This document shows, piece by piece, positions 1 to 12,520 of a stretch of DNA of 64,000 bases. Each line of letters opens with the position of its first letter. The stretch's first letter is position 1. The position numbers and the translations under genes are program-made. The notes beneath the pieces are model-generated. The model did not search any database. It worked only from the letters and a program-made list of their open reading frames with translations, and was not told the origin of the DNA. This stretch comes from Octopus vulgaris (Eukaryota). The stretch is from NCBI GenBank assembly GCA_951406725.2, contig OX597829.1, forward strand, positions 44,330,001 through 44,394,000, given 5' to 3'.

Positions 1-212
1 GGAGGGGTGACAATGAAGGGAGAGGATGGAAGGGAGGAGGTGGGTACGAGTGAAGAGAGGAAATAGGTGCCAGAGCAAGAGAGGAGAGGTGGGTGGAAGG
101 TAGTAGGTGTGAGAGGAAGAGAGGAGAGAGGAGGAGGGTTATATGAATAGGGGAGGAGAATTGAGCCCATGTGGCGCAAAGGATCGAAGAGAGAAGATTA
201 ATCCTTGAAAGG
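1..212 (-). mobile_element. Penelope-like element: end of GIY-YIG ORF plus start of 3' pLTR (remnant, runs off window edge)
   Basis: Minus strand of ~140-212 translates FQGLIFSLRSFAPHGLNSPPLFI*, resembling the '..LI..L....P.GLN' C-terminus of Penelope GIY-YIG endonucleases. A pyrimidine-rich UTR follows on the minus strand. Confidence 0.6.
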
Positions 213-724
213 TGAATGTGTGTTTGTGAGTTTGTGTGTGAGTAGGAACGTAAAATTTATTTTAGCGGGAAAGAAGATTAATCTTTGAAGATGAAACCTT
301 CTCTTCCTTCATACACAAGCAATAATTCACACTTAGACACTACAAAGAGGAACCACTACCCACGCCGCTAAACCCACGATGACAATTTCTTTCCCAGATC
401 GTCAAAATTGAATATATACCAGAGCTTCACACATGGAAAAAACATGCCCTAATGACGAACCATCTCAGCACACAAACATACGAACGTCACATAAACCCAG
501 AATATAATATAATGGAAATAAATTTACTATCCAATTTGACTGTTATCCCAAAAGTCAAAACCAAGGGAGATAACCACACAAAAGGTGTCACCTTGATTTA
601 TTTTTTCCTTTATGAGACTTACTGCACCCTTCTGTTGGGGCGAAGTCATTTGACCCTGTTATCTCTCCTATTTTCGCTCTTGCGTCTCACGTTTGATCTT
701 CGACTTCTGGCCGGAATCAGATCG

Positions 725-931
725 CCATGTTGAATCGCTAGCTTCTGCACGCATTTTTTTTCTCTTCTTGTTTCTCTCCGTGTTTCTTTTCTGTGTATCT
801 TTCTGTTGAAGAGCGTAGGCTCGAAACGTGAAAGACTTGTTTTATTTATATTCCTGAGCGCCATACTAATACAATTGTTTGTTTGTACTCCACCTGCCTT
901 CGTCTTTTGTTTATTTTCATAAAGCTTCCCG
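725..931 (+). mobile_element. Penelope-like pLTR fragment with degenerate minimal hammerhead motif (family P1)
   Basis: Near-identical inverted copy at 2707-2913 and a third copy at ~51621-51820. Contains TCTTT-CTGTTGA-A-GAGC-GTAG-GCTC-GAAA-CG-T-G-AAAGA (798-835) and ends at a (TA)n run. Confidence 0.6.
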
Positions 932-942
932 ATATATATATA

Positions 943-975
<33 letters not shown>

Positions 976-1706
976 ACCCAGTCTTATTCAAATATGTACT
1001 ACTTTTCTTCCGGCTGAAGAAGAAGGTTCTCCTTATGTTCTTATATGAATGTATAATAGTAGATGCGGACAATATAAATTTGCTCTAATAAAACTTACGT
1101 TTATTTTAATATAGGTCGTAGCATTATTTTAATTTTCCTCGAACTGAGCTTTTCCTTAATCGAGCTTTATTCTAACCCCCTTTACATCAAATTCCCTTTT
1201 TCTCTTAATTTGATAAGTGTAATTTTATATATTCAAATACATGTTAAACTCACATTTACACAAGCAACTTTCCTTTCCTTTTTAACGTTCAAAGGGAAGA
1301 AAATAACTCATAGATATATCAGTGAAACGGGCACAGTATTTCGAGCATCCGCTGACTTACAAGTGTATATAATCTTTCTGAATTCGATTTTTATAGTTGT
1401 CTTCCGGCTAAAAAAAAAATGTGCCCGTTAAAACTATTCTTTTTGTTTTTTGTTTTTTTTTTCCTTTTTACCATCTAGCTACCGGAAAACACAAGTTTAA
1501 AGCGGGTATATAATATATTTAATATATACGTTTGAAGTTGTTTATAATTCGGTTAGTTTACATGACATGAATTGCTTGAAGTTTTTCGCATACAGGACTC
1601 ATGAATAGAATGATATATAATGGTCGCTTTCATTCGGTAATAATATTACATATATGCATGCTTACATACACATATATATGTGTGGCTGTGCATGTATATG
1701 TATGTA

Positions 1707-1812
<106 letters not shown>

Positions 1813-1822
1813 CATCCATCTA

Positions 1823-1910
<88 letters not shown>

Positions 1911-1945
1911 CATATGCTTATATGGGTACAGGATGTCACCAACAC

Positions 1946-2003
1946 ATTTTAAGGCGGTGCTCCAGCATGGCCGCAGCCAAACGAATGAAACAAGTAAAAA
2001 AAA
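1946..2003 (+). mobile_element. SINE family B 3' tail fragment
   Basis: aaggcggtgctccagcatggccgcagcc..tgaaacaagtaaaa matches the 3' end of the full copy at 13221-13654. Confidence 0.7.
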
Positions 2004-2356
2004 CTATATATCAGTGAAGGCACCCGGTCACCGGACGATAGTCACACGTGATATAGAACGTGATATTGATTATTTCCAGTAGAATGAAATCAAATGATAT
2101 TGGAGCTTCGGCGCCCATGACAGACCTTTCCCATCTGCTATGAGCTATATGTGTACTCTTATGCACCAAGGATCTCTCAAGGCTCACATTTAATTAGAAT
2201 TAGAATTCTCCTTTCTAATGAAACTTTCCAAACTGATGTTTATATTAATTTTCTATATACACATTAGCGATTCGCTAAATCAGCCATAGATTTCTATGAT
2301 GATAATTAATAAACTGATAAAGAATTAAGTCCGCAATCTGCCGAGGTCGAACCAGA

Positions 2357-2406
2357 CCTTACTGATGAAGCAACAGAAACTGCTGAAACTGACTGTCAGT
2401 ATAAGG
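2357..2406 (+). ncRNA. Type I hammerhead ribozyme motif (canonical core)
   Basis: Stem I CCTTA/TAAGG; core CTGATGA; stem II AGCA/TGCT; GAAA; palindromic stem III CTGAC-T-GTCAG; cleavage triplet GTA (predicted cut after 2401). Confidence 0.8.
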
Positions 2407-2618
2407 AATTCTAGAAAAGGTGCTTTCGGACGATGACGGTCCCTGCTAGTATATACATGTATACAATTATGTGCTTTGACTAAGTATTAGAGTATTGTAG
2501 TTCCTATTTCTAGCGATATAGGCGTTTCTAACATTCTAGTCACATTTAATAACAATTATGGATTTCCGCTTTGGCGAAACATAGCAAACCGTAGTGTACA
2601 TGAATTTTATGTATGATT

Positions 2619-2706
<88 letters not shown>

Positions 2707-2913
2707 CGGGAAGCTTTATGAAAATAAACAAAAGACGAAGGCAGGTGGAATACAAACAAACAATTGTATTAGTATGGCGCTCAGGAATATAAATAAAACA
2801 AGTCTTTTACGTTTTGAGCCTACGCTCTTCAACAGAAAGATACACAGAAAGGAAACACGGAGAGAAACAAGGAGAGAAAAAAAATGCGTGCAGAAGCTAG
2901 CGAATCAACATGG
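2707..2913 (-). mobile_element. Penelope-like pLTR fragment (family P1), inverted relative to 725-931
   Basis: Reverse complement of 725-931 with few substitutions; abuts (TA)n. Confidence 0.6.
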
Positions 2914-3625
2914 ATATATACCACCCTCCTCTTCTTCCCCTTCTTCCTTACACATCTGGGCAACGATCTTTTCTATCCCTCACTTCTCTAAATGTTCTGA
3001 AGAAAGGGTTATAGCCCCGAAATATAGGAATATAAAGTAAAGCCACAATGGTTTTGTTTTGTTTTTGTAGTTTACTTTATATCTACTCGCATTGTTTCGA
3101 CTTTACATAACAAATCTCTTTAAAACACAGCGCTCATTTTCCATTATAGTAACGGAATGTACTTTATTTTACTCATGGCGCTTAAAGCCCAATAACTATT
3201 GGCAGATCCATTTGAGAACTTAAGACATTAGGACAAACAACTACCACCCATCCGGGAACATGATATAGACATTCAAAATAGTGCTTGACAGTTGGAAATC
3301 CTCCCCTCTTTACAATCTGTTGCTCACATATAATAATTAGCTACGTGGCTATCGTGCTGTCATTGTAAGAATATAGTGTGAATGTAAGTTATCAACAATC
3401 AAGTAGAGGGTGAGTGAGTAATAGTAATAAAAATATAATGTGAAAAGAAGGATAAGTTGTTTTGTCTGTTAGCTTGACTGAAATAGCATACAAGGAGGAA
3501 TGCATGTGGACGGGAAACGTAAAATACAAGTAAATCGGAGTATGTCGTCCAACAAGACATGGCGGATATCATTGAGAAAAATGCGACCGTTGAGCAATAT
3601 TTATGATTCAGATTATATTATTAGA

Positions 3626-4001
3626 AGGCGGCAAGCTGGTAGAAATGTTAGCGCGCCGGGGCGAAATGCTCAGCCGAGGTTGACTTTGCCTTTCATCCTT
3701 TTGGGGTCGATAAATTAAGTACCAGTTAAGCACTGGGATCGATATAATCGACTTAATCTGTTTGTCTGACCTTGTTTGTCCTCTCTGTGTTTAGCCCCTT
3801 GTGGGTAGTAAAGAAATAGGTATTTCGTCTGCCGTTACCTTCTGAGTTCAAATTCCGCCGAGGTCGACTTTGCCTTTCATCCTTTCGGGGTCGATTAAAT
3901 AAGTACCAGTTACGCACTGGGGTCGATGTAATCGACTTAATCCGTTTGTCTGTCCTTGTTTGTCCCCTCTTTATTTAGCCCTTTGTGGACAATAAAGAAA
4001 T
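3626..4001 (+). mobile_element. tRNA-derived SINE family A, with a 5'-truncated same-family copy nested in the same orientation
   Basis: Head ggcggcaagctggtagaaatgttagc; central gtcgactttgcctttcatcctttcggggtcga..aagtaccag; the tail ..gtttagccccttgtgggtagtaaagaaata occurs twice. Confidence 0.8.
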
Positions 4002-4148
4002 TAGGTGTATTATTTGTCATCTGATGTTCGCTTGCAATTCTGTTTTTTTTTCTTTTTAGAAATGAAGCAAACACACACATACATACACACACACAAACAT
4101 ACATACTTGCATACATACACACACACATACATATATACATACATACAT

Positions 4149-4201
<53 letters not shown>

Positions 4202-4249
4202 ATATGTTACAATTACTCAATAGTCATTTTGTTATCTTGCCGTTTTTAT

Positions 4250-4295
<46 letters not shown>

Positions 4296-4919
4296 ATACA
4301 TATACAGTGTCATACATACACACACATACACACACACTCAAACACACACATACACATATATACATGTAAACGTTACGGCAAAAGGAAATAGGCTCTTGCT
4401 GTTGAAAATCATTGTCTAGAATTAAAAGAATGAACACGTCCTGGATCGCAAATACTATCTTGTACATGTTATAGCTTCCTCTGTTTACAGTTGCAATTTA
4501 CAATTGCAAAAAGCATCAAGAATTATTTTTCAACGCGGAATATTTTCAACCAATGCACAACCCAGAGAAATCGAAATCTTCTATGGAAAATAGTTACCAT
4601 CACCATATTTGTTAAAAATTACTTCCATTTAATCATCTTTTATCACAGTATAAAACACAATTCTTTACGTTTTTAAAATTTTTTTCAACATCTAACCTCC
4701 TTCGGTCATCTTCAAAAATCTTCTTCCTTTTCTATTTTTTTTTTATCTTTCTCTACTACGCAGAAGGCAGAGTAGGAATAATTAAGAAATGGGAAAAAGT
4801 GACTTTGTAATAGTACTCTTGCAGCTACAGTGAGACAATGCAGCTGTTGAAGAGACTGTTGCTGTTGCTATTGCAGCTGAGGTTGATGTTGTTGTCGTTG
4901 CTGCTACTAAAACTGGTGA

Positions 4920-5243
4920 TAATGATGGTGGTGGTGGTAGTGATGAGGAATATGATGATGATGATGATGATGATGGATGAAGTGGGGGAGGAAGAGGCAA
5001 GGATGAGAATGTGAGTGAGAAGGAGGAGAATGACAACAAAGAAGATGGCGAAGATGACGATGTCACCGATGACGACGATGACGATGTCACCGATGACGAC
5101 GATGACGATGACGAAAATGACGAAGATAGCATTGATGAAGACAACGACGATGATGATGATGATGGTGGTGGTGATGATGATGATGATGCCGACGACGACG
5201 ACGATGACGATGACGATGACGATGATGATGATGTTGTTGTTGT

Positions 5244-5288
<45 letters not shown>

Positions 5289-5326
5289 CGACGTGTGATG
5301 ATGATGGTGATGACGACGACGACGAC

Positions 5327-5391
<65 letters not shown>

Positions 5392-5660
5392 CGACGACGG
5401 TGATGATGATGATGGTGATGACGACGACAATTACGATGATGATTGAGTTAGAGGCAGAAAAAGAAGAGTACGAAGAGGAGGGGGAAATGAATAAGGAGCC
5501 AAATGAGAGGAGGAGGAGAAGGAGAAGAAGAAAGAGATGAGGAGGGGGAGAGGTAGAGAAGGAGGAGGAGGACGAGGACGAGGACGAGGTAAAAAAAAAG
5601 GACGAGGCAGAGGTGGACGAGGAGGAGTAGGAGGACTGGGTGGAGTGGAAGAAGAAGATT
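4920..5660. repeat. Compound (GAT/GAC/GAG)n trinucleotide low-complexity tract
   Basis: Directly visible; source of the poly-D/S/M ORFs. Confidence 0.95.
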
Positions 5661-6314
5661 GCGTTGGATGTTTATTGATCAGTTCATGGTTCCCAGGCAA
5701 TCGGAATAAAGTTTGTTAAGGTTGATGAGACTTTGTTAACAAAACGAAAGAGAGCAAAAGTACACGAATTCGTCCATTGATTTCTTTCTTCGTTCTTTCA
5801 TTTCTCGTTTCGAGGAGTTAGTAGTTATTTGTATATTCGTTTATTTTTATGACTTATTTAGTTGTTGTTTTTTTTTCTTTTTTTTTTTTAAATTAGGAAC
5901 AGAAACAACAACAACAGAAAAAAGAACGAGAGAGAGTTAGAGGGTAAAAAGAAAACCTTCTAAATATGTTGTTGAAGCAAACGTTGTGAAGTATATAACA
6001 AACAGCAACAAAAATACACAATAGGGCGGAGAGATGATCACTAGAATAGCGGGAGTCGGTAAGCTTCATGGATAAACTCCCTGTGACTACATCCGGTTGG
6101 TTCAGTTCAGAGGAGAATCATATTTCAAATTATTCAAAACAAAATTTCATATGCATACACGTACACACGCACACACACGCAAACATGCACGCACGCACAC
6201 ACACACACACACACACAACACACACACATACACACACACGTACACACACGCAAACACATGCACGCACACACACGCAAACACATGCACGCAAACACACACA
6301 CACACACATACACG

Positions 6315-6352
<38 letters not shown>

Positions 6353-6371
6353 TATGTTCTATTTTTTTTTA

Positions 6372-6542
6372 TTCTTTTACTTATTTCAGACATTTGATTG
6401 CAGCCATGCTGGAGCACCACCTAGAGGGGGTTTTAGTCGAAAAAAATCGATCCGACGACTTTTCTTTGTATCCTATAGATCTCTTTTGCCGAACAGATAA
6501 GGTACGGGGACATAAACACACTAACATCGGTTATCAAGTGAC
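6372..6542 (-). mobile_element. SINE family B 3' half
   Basis: cagccatgctggagcaccac...ctcttttgccgaac..gggacataaacacac..catcggttatcaag is the reverse complement of the family B 3' region. Confidence 0.75.
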
Positions 6543-6636
6543 ACACACATATATACACGCAAATAAATACATACATACATGCATACATACATACATACGT
6601 ACATTAATTTATATGTATGTATGTATGTATGTATGC

Positions 6637-6805
6637 TTAATATAAACAGCAGTTTGAATTGTTTTACCAAAAATGAGGATTATATTTCTTACTAAATGTG
6701 ACTAGGGTGTTTTAGCAATGTAAGTGTTTCTAACACCCTTGTCTCATTTAGTGACATACATAACTCACCTTTTTTATGAAACATTGCAACTGCTGTTTAT
6801 ATTAA
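6637..6805. repeat. Imperfect ~170 bp palindrome (foldback MITE-like)
   Basis: ttaatataaacagcagtt... pairs with ...aactgctgtttatattaa, and inner ctaaatgtgactagggtgtt pairs with aacacccttgtctcatttag. Confidence 0.75.
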
Positions 6806-8199
6806 TTTTATGTATACACATCACTGAATTTCTAAATCATTCATTAATTTGGACGACGAAAACATGTGGTTGCTATTATGAAAAAGTGTTGTAAGTCCAA
6901 AACGTCGTTTTTTCAGAAAACGACAAAATAGTTTCACCATTCCATAGCAAAGCCGTTGTACTACACTTTGACAATTGTTGATATCTTGGCAGCTGAAGCA
7001 GCTGGAGATACGATAGTTTGACCAATAGAACCGGCTATTGCAAGCAAAAATAAATACTGAAAAAAATGCATTTGGCCAAATTTGGACATATGATAATTTA
7101 ACATAATAGCAGCGACATATACTAGAAGAGATGCGAGTCAGGTAAAAAATCGAAGATTCTAGTCAGTCTTAGTTGTGGCAACGGAATTTGCCGAAATTGA
7201 CATCAGTATTAAGATTTCTCGATCGTTATTCTCAATCGCCACTTTGATGGCATGCAGTGCTCTCTTACTCAATAATAATAGTAATTATCATCACGAAACC
7301 ATCACGAAGCAGGAATTAGGATTCCGCAAAAAAAAAAAAAAAAAAAACAATGAAAGGAAACAATGTTTTAATGTAAGCCATATCAGGAAACCGAAAGATT
7401 TTTCTGGATATATATATATATATATATGTACATATATATATATATAATAGCTTCCCTCAGATTCGCTGCCACAGCAAAACCTGTATAAAAATATAAACAC
7501 ATTTACTGCAATACGAAAGCTGCAGACCTGTGAGTAAAATTATAATCACATATGCAATCATATCTCTACAAATCTTCTACACATATGCACATTGCTGTTT
7601 CTTCTCGGTCACCCGATTATACATCAAAAGTAATTATGAATACGAAACATACAAGTCCATGTGTGTTGTTCAGTCAAAAAGTAAACGTTGTAAAGACGGA
7701 CTCATCTCTTAATGTCACTGCCCAAACGAATAACAAATCCAGAAATTAAAAACAAAACAACGATGGACAGATAACCATGAAGCGGTTGATTTATGACTTA
7801 CTCACACTACATTGCAACTCTCCTCCAAAATCGTACAAGAATAAAACGAACAAACCCCATAACATGTGCCATAGAAGTGCGATACCCAAGAGAAGAACAC
7901 AACCTGCACTTCACAAACAACACATAATGCAAAAACTAATACAGCGAAACACTCAAACACAGCACAAAAGTGCAGCAGGAGGTGCAATAGAAAGTTGCTT
8001 GAAACTATCAGATGTCGAAAAGTAATAGTAGTGATGACGATGGTGAAGAAAGTCACCTTACCCTCAGTTCATGAGAGACAGGAGTTTGTCAGGAAACTTT
8101 GGTTGGGACAGCGAAAATGAGGTTGGACCTTTAAGGGAAGTCCTTTCGCTCGGGAGTGGTTCGGTAAAGATGCAGACTGACCACAGCTGTTATTTTAAG

Positions 8200-9650
8200 A
8201 CAGCATCAGCAGATAATAGAGCAAGAAGGAAGATGTGGACCAACGAAGAAAACAGGATAGTGACGCAGTGCTGCTTAGGAAGTGAACCTAAAAGAAGGGA
8301 TTATAGAAAAAGGATGTTAACACTTTGGGTAGAGAAGAGTGTGTTTTAAGTGACTGAACAGAGACTAGTAGATCAAACTAATGATATTAGAAGAAAGTGG
8401 ATGACAGAATTGGAGGTGGAAGAGATCATAAGAGAACTGGAAAAGAAAGACCCGGCAGTAGGAAAAGCAAACAATATAAGAAAGCCAAAGAAGAACCTAA
8501 AGGAAAAAATAATAATAACACCATCAATAAGGAAGGGACAACTGGCACCAACGACTTAAAGTGATTTAAGTGAGGAAGATTTTAGATGAGTTGCAGGAAA
8601 TAATGAGAAAAGAAGAAAAAGATTGCCAGCATTAAAAGGTACCAAGAGAAGAAAGCTGCTTGAAATGACTAGAAAAGTAGATTCTGTTATCGGTCGGATA
8701 GATACTAAAAATATAAGTGACACTAACTTGAGCTATACAGGAGGAATAGAAGTTACTAGAAGATTATATATTCCACAAGGAAATATTATAAAAAAGCAAA
8801 TGTGAGAAAGGAGATTACAAAAAAGTGAAGACTTTAAGACAAGATCTGGATAGAATAGAAGCCTGGAAACTGAACAAGTTGGGGAACAAGATTTAAATCT
8901 CTTGAGAAAAAATACTTAGTCAAAGAGAAAGGATTTGGGAGAGTCATAAAAGAGTTGAAAGAGTGCATCATAGCAGTAGCACATAAGCTTTGCAACTATC
9001 GGAAAAGAATAGATCAGTATCAACAGAATAGATTATTTGAGACAGACCGTAGGAACTTTTATAACCAAATAAACAGTGGAGAAGAAAGTATTAAAGATGA
9101 GAAACCAAATGCAGAGGCCAGAAAGTTCTAGAGTAATATTTGGAATAAGCCAGTTAATCATAATGGTGATGTAGTATGGTTAAAGAAAGAGAGGGAAGAA
9201 ATAGTGAGTGAGAAGCAGCCAAAATATAATACTAACTAGTGCATTAATGAGTAAAGTATTATGAAAAATGCCGAATTGGAAGGGTTCAGGACCAGATATA
9301 GTTGAAAGGTACTGGTTAAAGGAATTCAGTAGTTTACACGGGAGGTTGAGTGTACAACTTTCGGATTGCCCTAATGGAGGAATAATACCAGATTGGATGA
9401 CTAGATGAAGAACAGTACCCTTTATGAAAGATAAAAGGTAGGGTAATACAGCTAGCAATTATAGCCTAAGTATTCACTTGCTTACCGTTAGTATGGAAAC
9501 TCTTAACAGGAATGCATTGAGAAAGCATTCACGAGCAACTTGATAGTAAGAATTTACTGCCAGAAGAACAGAAAGGCTGTAAGAAGAAAGCTAAAGGAAC
9601 GTATGCTCTGTTATACATAAACATAGTAGTTCTAAATGAAGTAAGGCAAA
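8200..9650 (+). mobile_element. Degenerate R4/Dong-clade non-LTR retrotransposon, N-terminal region to start of RT (pseudogenised)
   Basis: Peptide fragments RRKMWTNEENRIVTQC..RRDYRKRMLTLW, TEQRLVDQ..IRRKWMTELEVEEI, NWKGSGPD..RYWLKEFSSLH, WKLLTG and LLPEEQKGCKKKAKGT, with many stops and frameshifts. Confidence 0.85.
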
Positions 9651-9800
9651 AAAAAAAAAAACGACTGAGGGTGCTATTCAACACAGGTATTACTAAAATA
9701 AGTGTTACTTTTACCATTTATGAAATCGGCGTGTGATTTCTATGGTGATTCTTATTAGCTGACAAGGTGAGTTGAGTTTAACCCAAGGCGCTGGTAAAAA

Positions 9801-9845
9801 CCACTGACGAGCATTAAAGTAAATGCGAAATCACAGGTGATCTGG
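9801..9845 (+). ncRNA. Type I hammerhead ribozyme motif (canonical core)
   Basis: Stem I CCA/TGG; core CTGACGA; stem II GCATT/AATGC; GAAA; stem III TCAC-AG-GTGA; triplet ATC (predicted cut after 9842). Confidence 0.8.
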
Positions 9846-10723
9846 CTATGCTCGGAAATTAGGAAGCTTGCCTCCCTTGTGACAGTCAATTACATGGTAC
9901 TTATTGTGACTATGAGTTGTTTTGGCTCTTATTTCTAGCAACACAGGTGCTGAATAGCGCCCTCAATCGCTTTAGTGACATATATAGTTTTGCTTTTCGT
10001 TTGAAAAATTGCTAAGAAGCCTTCCTTATCATTACACATACACACACACACACATATAAATACACACAGCGGCTCACTACAGCTGTTTCAGACCAGTTTT
10101 TCATTGATGAACAAAAGTCTTACGTCATGCAAATATAAAAAAAAATACTGTTTCTTCAGGTGGTTAAAGAAAAAATTTAACAATTAGAATTTCTCACAAA
10201 AATAGGAGATAATGCAAGATGACCCAACCGATCTGGCTACGGCTCGGAGACTCTATTACTAAGTTTTTATTAATTAACTCGTTATAGGGACCAAAAATAA
10301 ACGAAAAAATTAAGCAGAGAAGTAGAAGGTGGGAAATGGAGACAGAAAAGTAGGGAGGAGAAAGAGGGTAAGGTACGATATAGTTCCCCCTTATTAAAAG
10401 GTGATAAGATGAACTAGAGGCTGTAAATAAAATTAATGTTGTTTGTGATACGTGTGACAGGGGTGCGTTTGAAGCAGACTACAAGAGTAATAACATAGAT
10501 GAGCAAGGGCGAAATAAACACACGACACAATATACACAAGCACACACATATACACAATCAGTTATTCACACACACACACACACACATAGATAAATAAATA
10601 TACCTACACTCATAAATATACCTGCACATACACGAAGTCATACATATCCATACATATAACATACACACACTCACGCTCACACTCATATGTGTATATGCAT
10701 GTTTATATATATATATATGTATG

Positions 10724-10774
<51 letters not shown>

Positions 10775-10807
10775 GCATATACACACACATATTTATATAT
10801 ATATATG

Positions 10808-10851
<44 letters not shown>

Positions 10852-10899
10852 CACACACATAAATATATACACACATATAAATATACATATATATATACG

Positions 10900-11716
10900 C
10901 TCAGATATCGCTTCTAGAGTGCAGTTCCATGTTTATTCTCATCATTTCCAAAACTGGGGCGAGGTAACAAAGCATGGTGACTACTGTCACCCAGAAATGG
11001 GCCGCGGTGGAGAACACGTACATCGTATCCTTCATCTACAATGTTTGACCGCCGTGCCTTTTTCCTGGCTCTCGTCTAAGTACATTGGAGCGTATACTCT
11101 TCTGCTTTTTGTTGAAAGGACGTGACATGCAGTCTACCGGCTGTCAACACCCGCTGTGTGGTGGACTGGGCATCCCGTGGTTGATGATACGCAAACATGC
11201 ATTAAGGTTACGACATCTCTTTGACGGTGAATAGATGTGGTCACCGTTCGCCTGATACGTATTTCCCCAGCTGGCCTCGTTCACGGAGCTGCAGTTCTGG
11301 ATCAAACAGAGACCGAGATAAGGTATTTGGAAAGTAGTGTGTCTTCAAGCGCTCACAGCCATCAGCCAGTTGGACACTGTGATAGGTAGATAGTCCACTT
11401 TAGTTTTCTATAGAGGATTAGTAGAGGGAAAGTGTGACGACGTTCTTGGGAAGATCTTGGTCATCGAAGAAGATCAGCTAACCGCTCTCTTGTGGCAGAA
11501 CGTTCTGTCCGGGACTGATGGATAACTTCCAAAAGTCTCTGGCATGAAAGTACTACAGGCGAGATTTGCTTGCTCAAGATAAACTTTGCAGGCACCTAAG
11601 TACCGTCAGCTGGGTCTGTCCGAGATGTACACAGGGCGACGAAACAGTTCTGCATGCACTCGGCCTGTGCCCGAGCATTGCTGATATGTGGGCTTATGTC
11701 GACCACCTGCTGTTAC
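10900..11716 (+). mobile_element. Degenerate L1/Tx1-clade LINE ORF2 C-terminal region (zf-RVT-like)
   Basis: DKLCRHLSTVSWVCPRCTQGDETVLHALGLCPSIADMW fits the CxxC..E(T)xxH..C..W zinc-knuckle pattern of L1/Tx1 ORF2. Upstream sequence is GC-richer and disrupted; the 5' boundary is approximate. Confidence 0.7.
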
Positions 11717-12172
11717 ATACTCAGTATATCCATCATGACTATCCGTCTGATAAGGGTACACAAGGCATATGCATCACAAACATGTGCACGACATGGTGAT
11801 CTCATATCAACATAAACAGCACACGATCTATACCGAGTAGCCCATCCCGCTCAAAAGAGTTACCTAAGGATGATGAACGAAACACCCATGTTTCCAAAGG
11901 TGAATTATCCAAACTCCAAAGAACTCCTTCAACACATGGCTATGATGCTCCCCCACTACTTCTGCTCGTGATCAGAGATGCACATATCGTCAGCCACTAA
12001 GGGACATGCTCAACTGGTTAAGGTCAAGCAACTGACAAGCAAATCTGTGGTATTGAGCAGAATATTTGCTGTAGCCCATCTTTTATACCAAGACAAAACA
12101 ATGTACATGATAACACTTCCAATCAGTTAAGATCAGAAGCCATGAGAGCCACTGCCTATTATTGGAGTAGGG
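11717..12172 (-). mobile_element. Non-coding repeat family D (3'-truncated, internally deleted copy)
   Basis: Reverse complement of 29485-30032 (ggcagtggctctcatggcttctgatcttaactgattgg...). Confidence 0.85.
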
Positions 12173-12202
12173 CAATTATTATTATTATCATCATCATCAT
12201 TA

Positions 12203-12375
12203 TTTTTTTTTTGTCTCAGGTTTTGTTGTAACTCCTGCAATCTTTCATGCATTGCGTGCTTGTTGCCTGCAGCCTACGGTACCATGCTACTTGTTCTTTT
12301 CAACTCTTTAATACATTCGTGATTATTTTGACCGTGCCAAAGAGGCAAACCTTTTGTAACAGCTCCACTGGGCAA
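12203..12375 (-). mobile_element. 3' end of an R4/Dong-clade LINE
   Basis: Minus strand encodes CPVELLQKVCLFGTVKIITNVLKS*, comparable to VQKIVLTGTSHVLRRAL near 56000. A short UTR, an A-run and (TGA/TAA)n follow. Confidence 0.75.
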
Positions 12376-12419
12376 AATGTAAATTAGCCGAACCCTTTAC
12401 GTGCCCAGACAAAACGCCG

Positions 12420-12520
12420 CCGTGGCCGACTTTGCTTTTCTTCCTCTCGGAGTCGATAAAAACAATTATCATTCAAGTACAGGGGTCGATGTAATCGACT
12501 ATCTCCCTGCCCTCAAGTAC
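12420..12520 (+). mobile_element. SINE family A central fragment
   Basis: gccgactttgcttttcttcctctcggagtcgataaaa..gtacaggggtcgatgtaatcgac. Confidence 0.65.

Noticed and set aside
1326-1429. 10 bp inverted repeat aacgggcaca / tgtgcccgtt
   Set aside because: Too short, with no TSD or second copy to support a MITE.
6880-7210. Possible transposase remnant
   Set aside because: Only a vague peptide resemblance, with several stops; not supportable without a database search.
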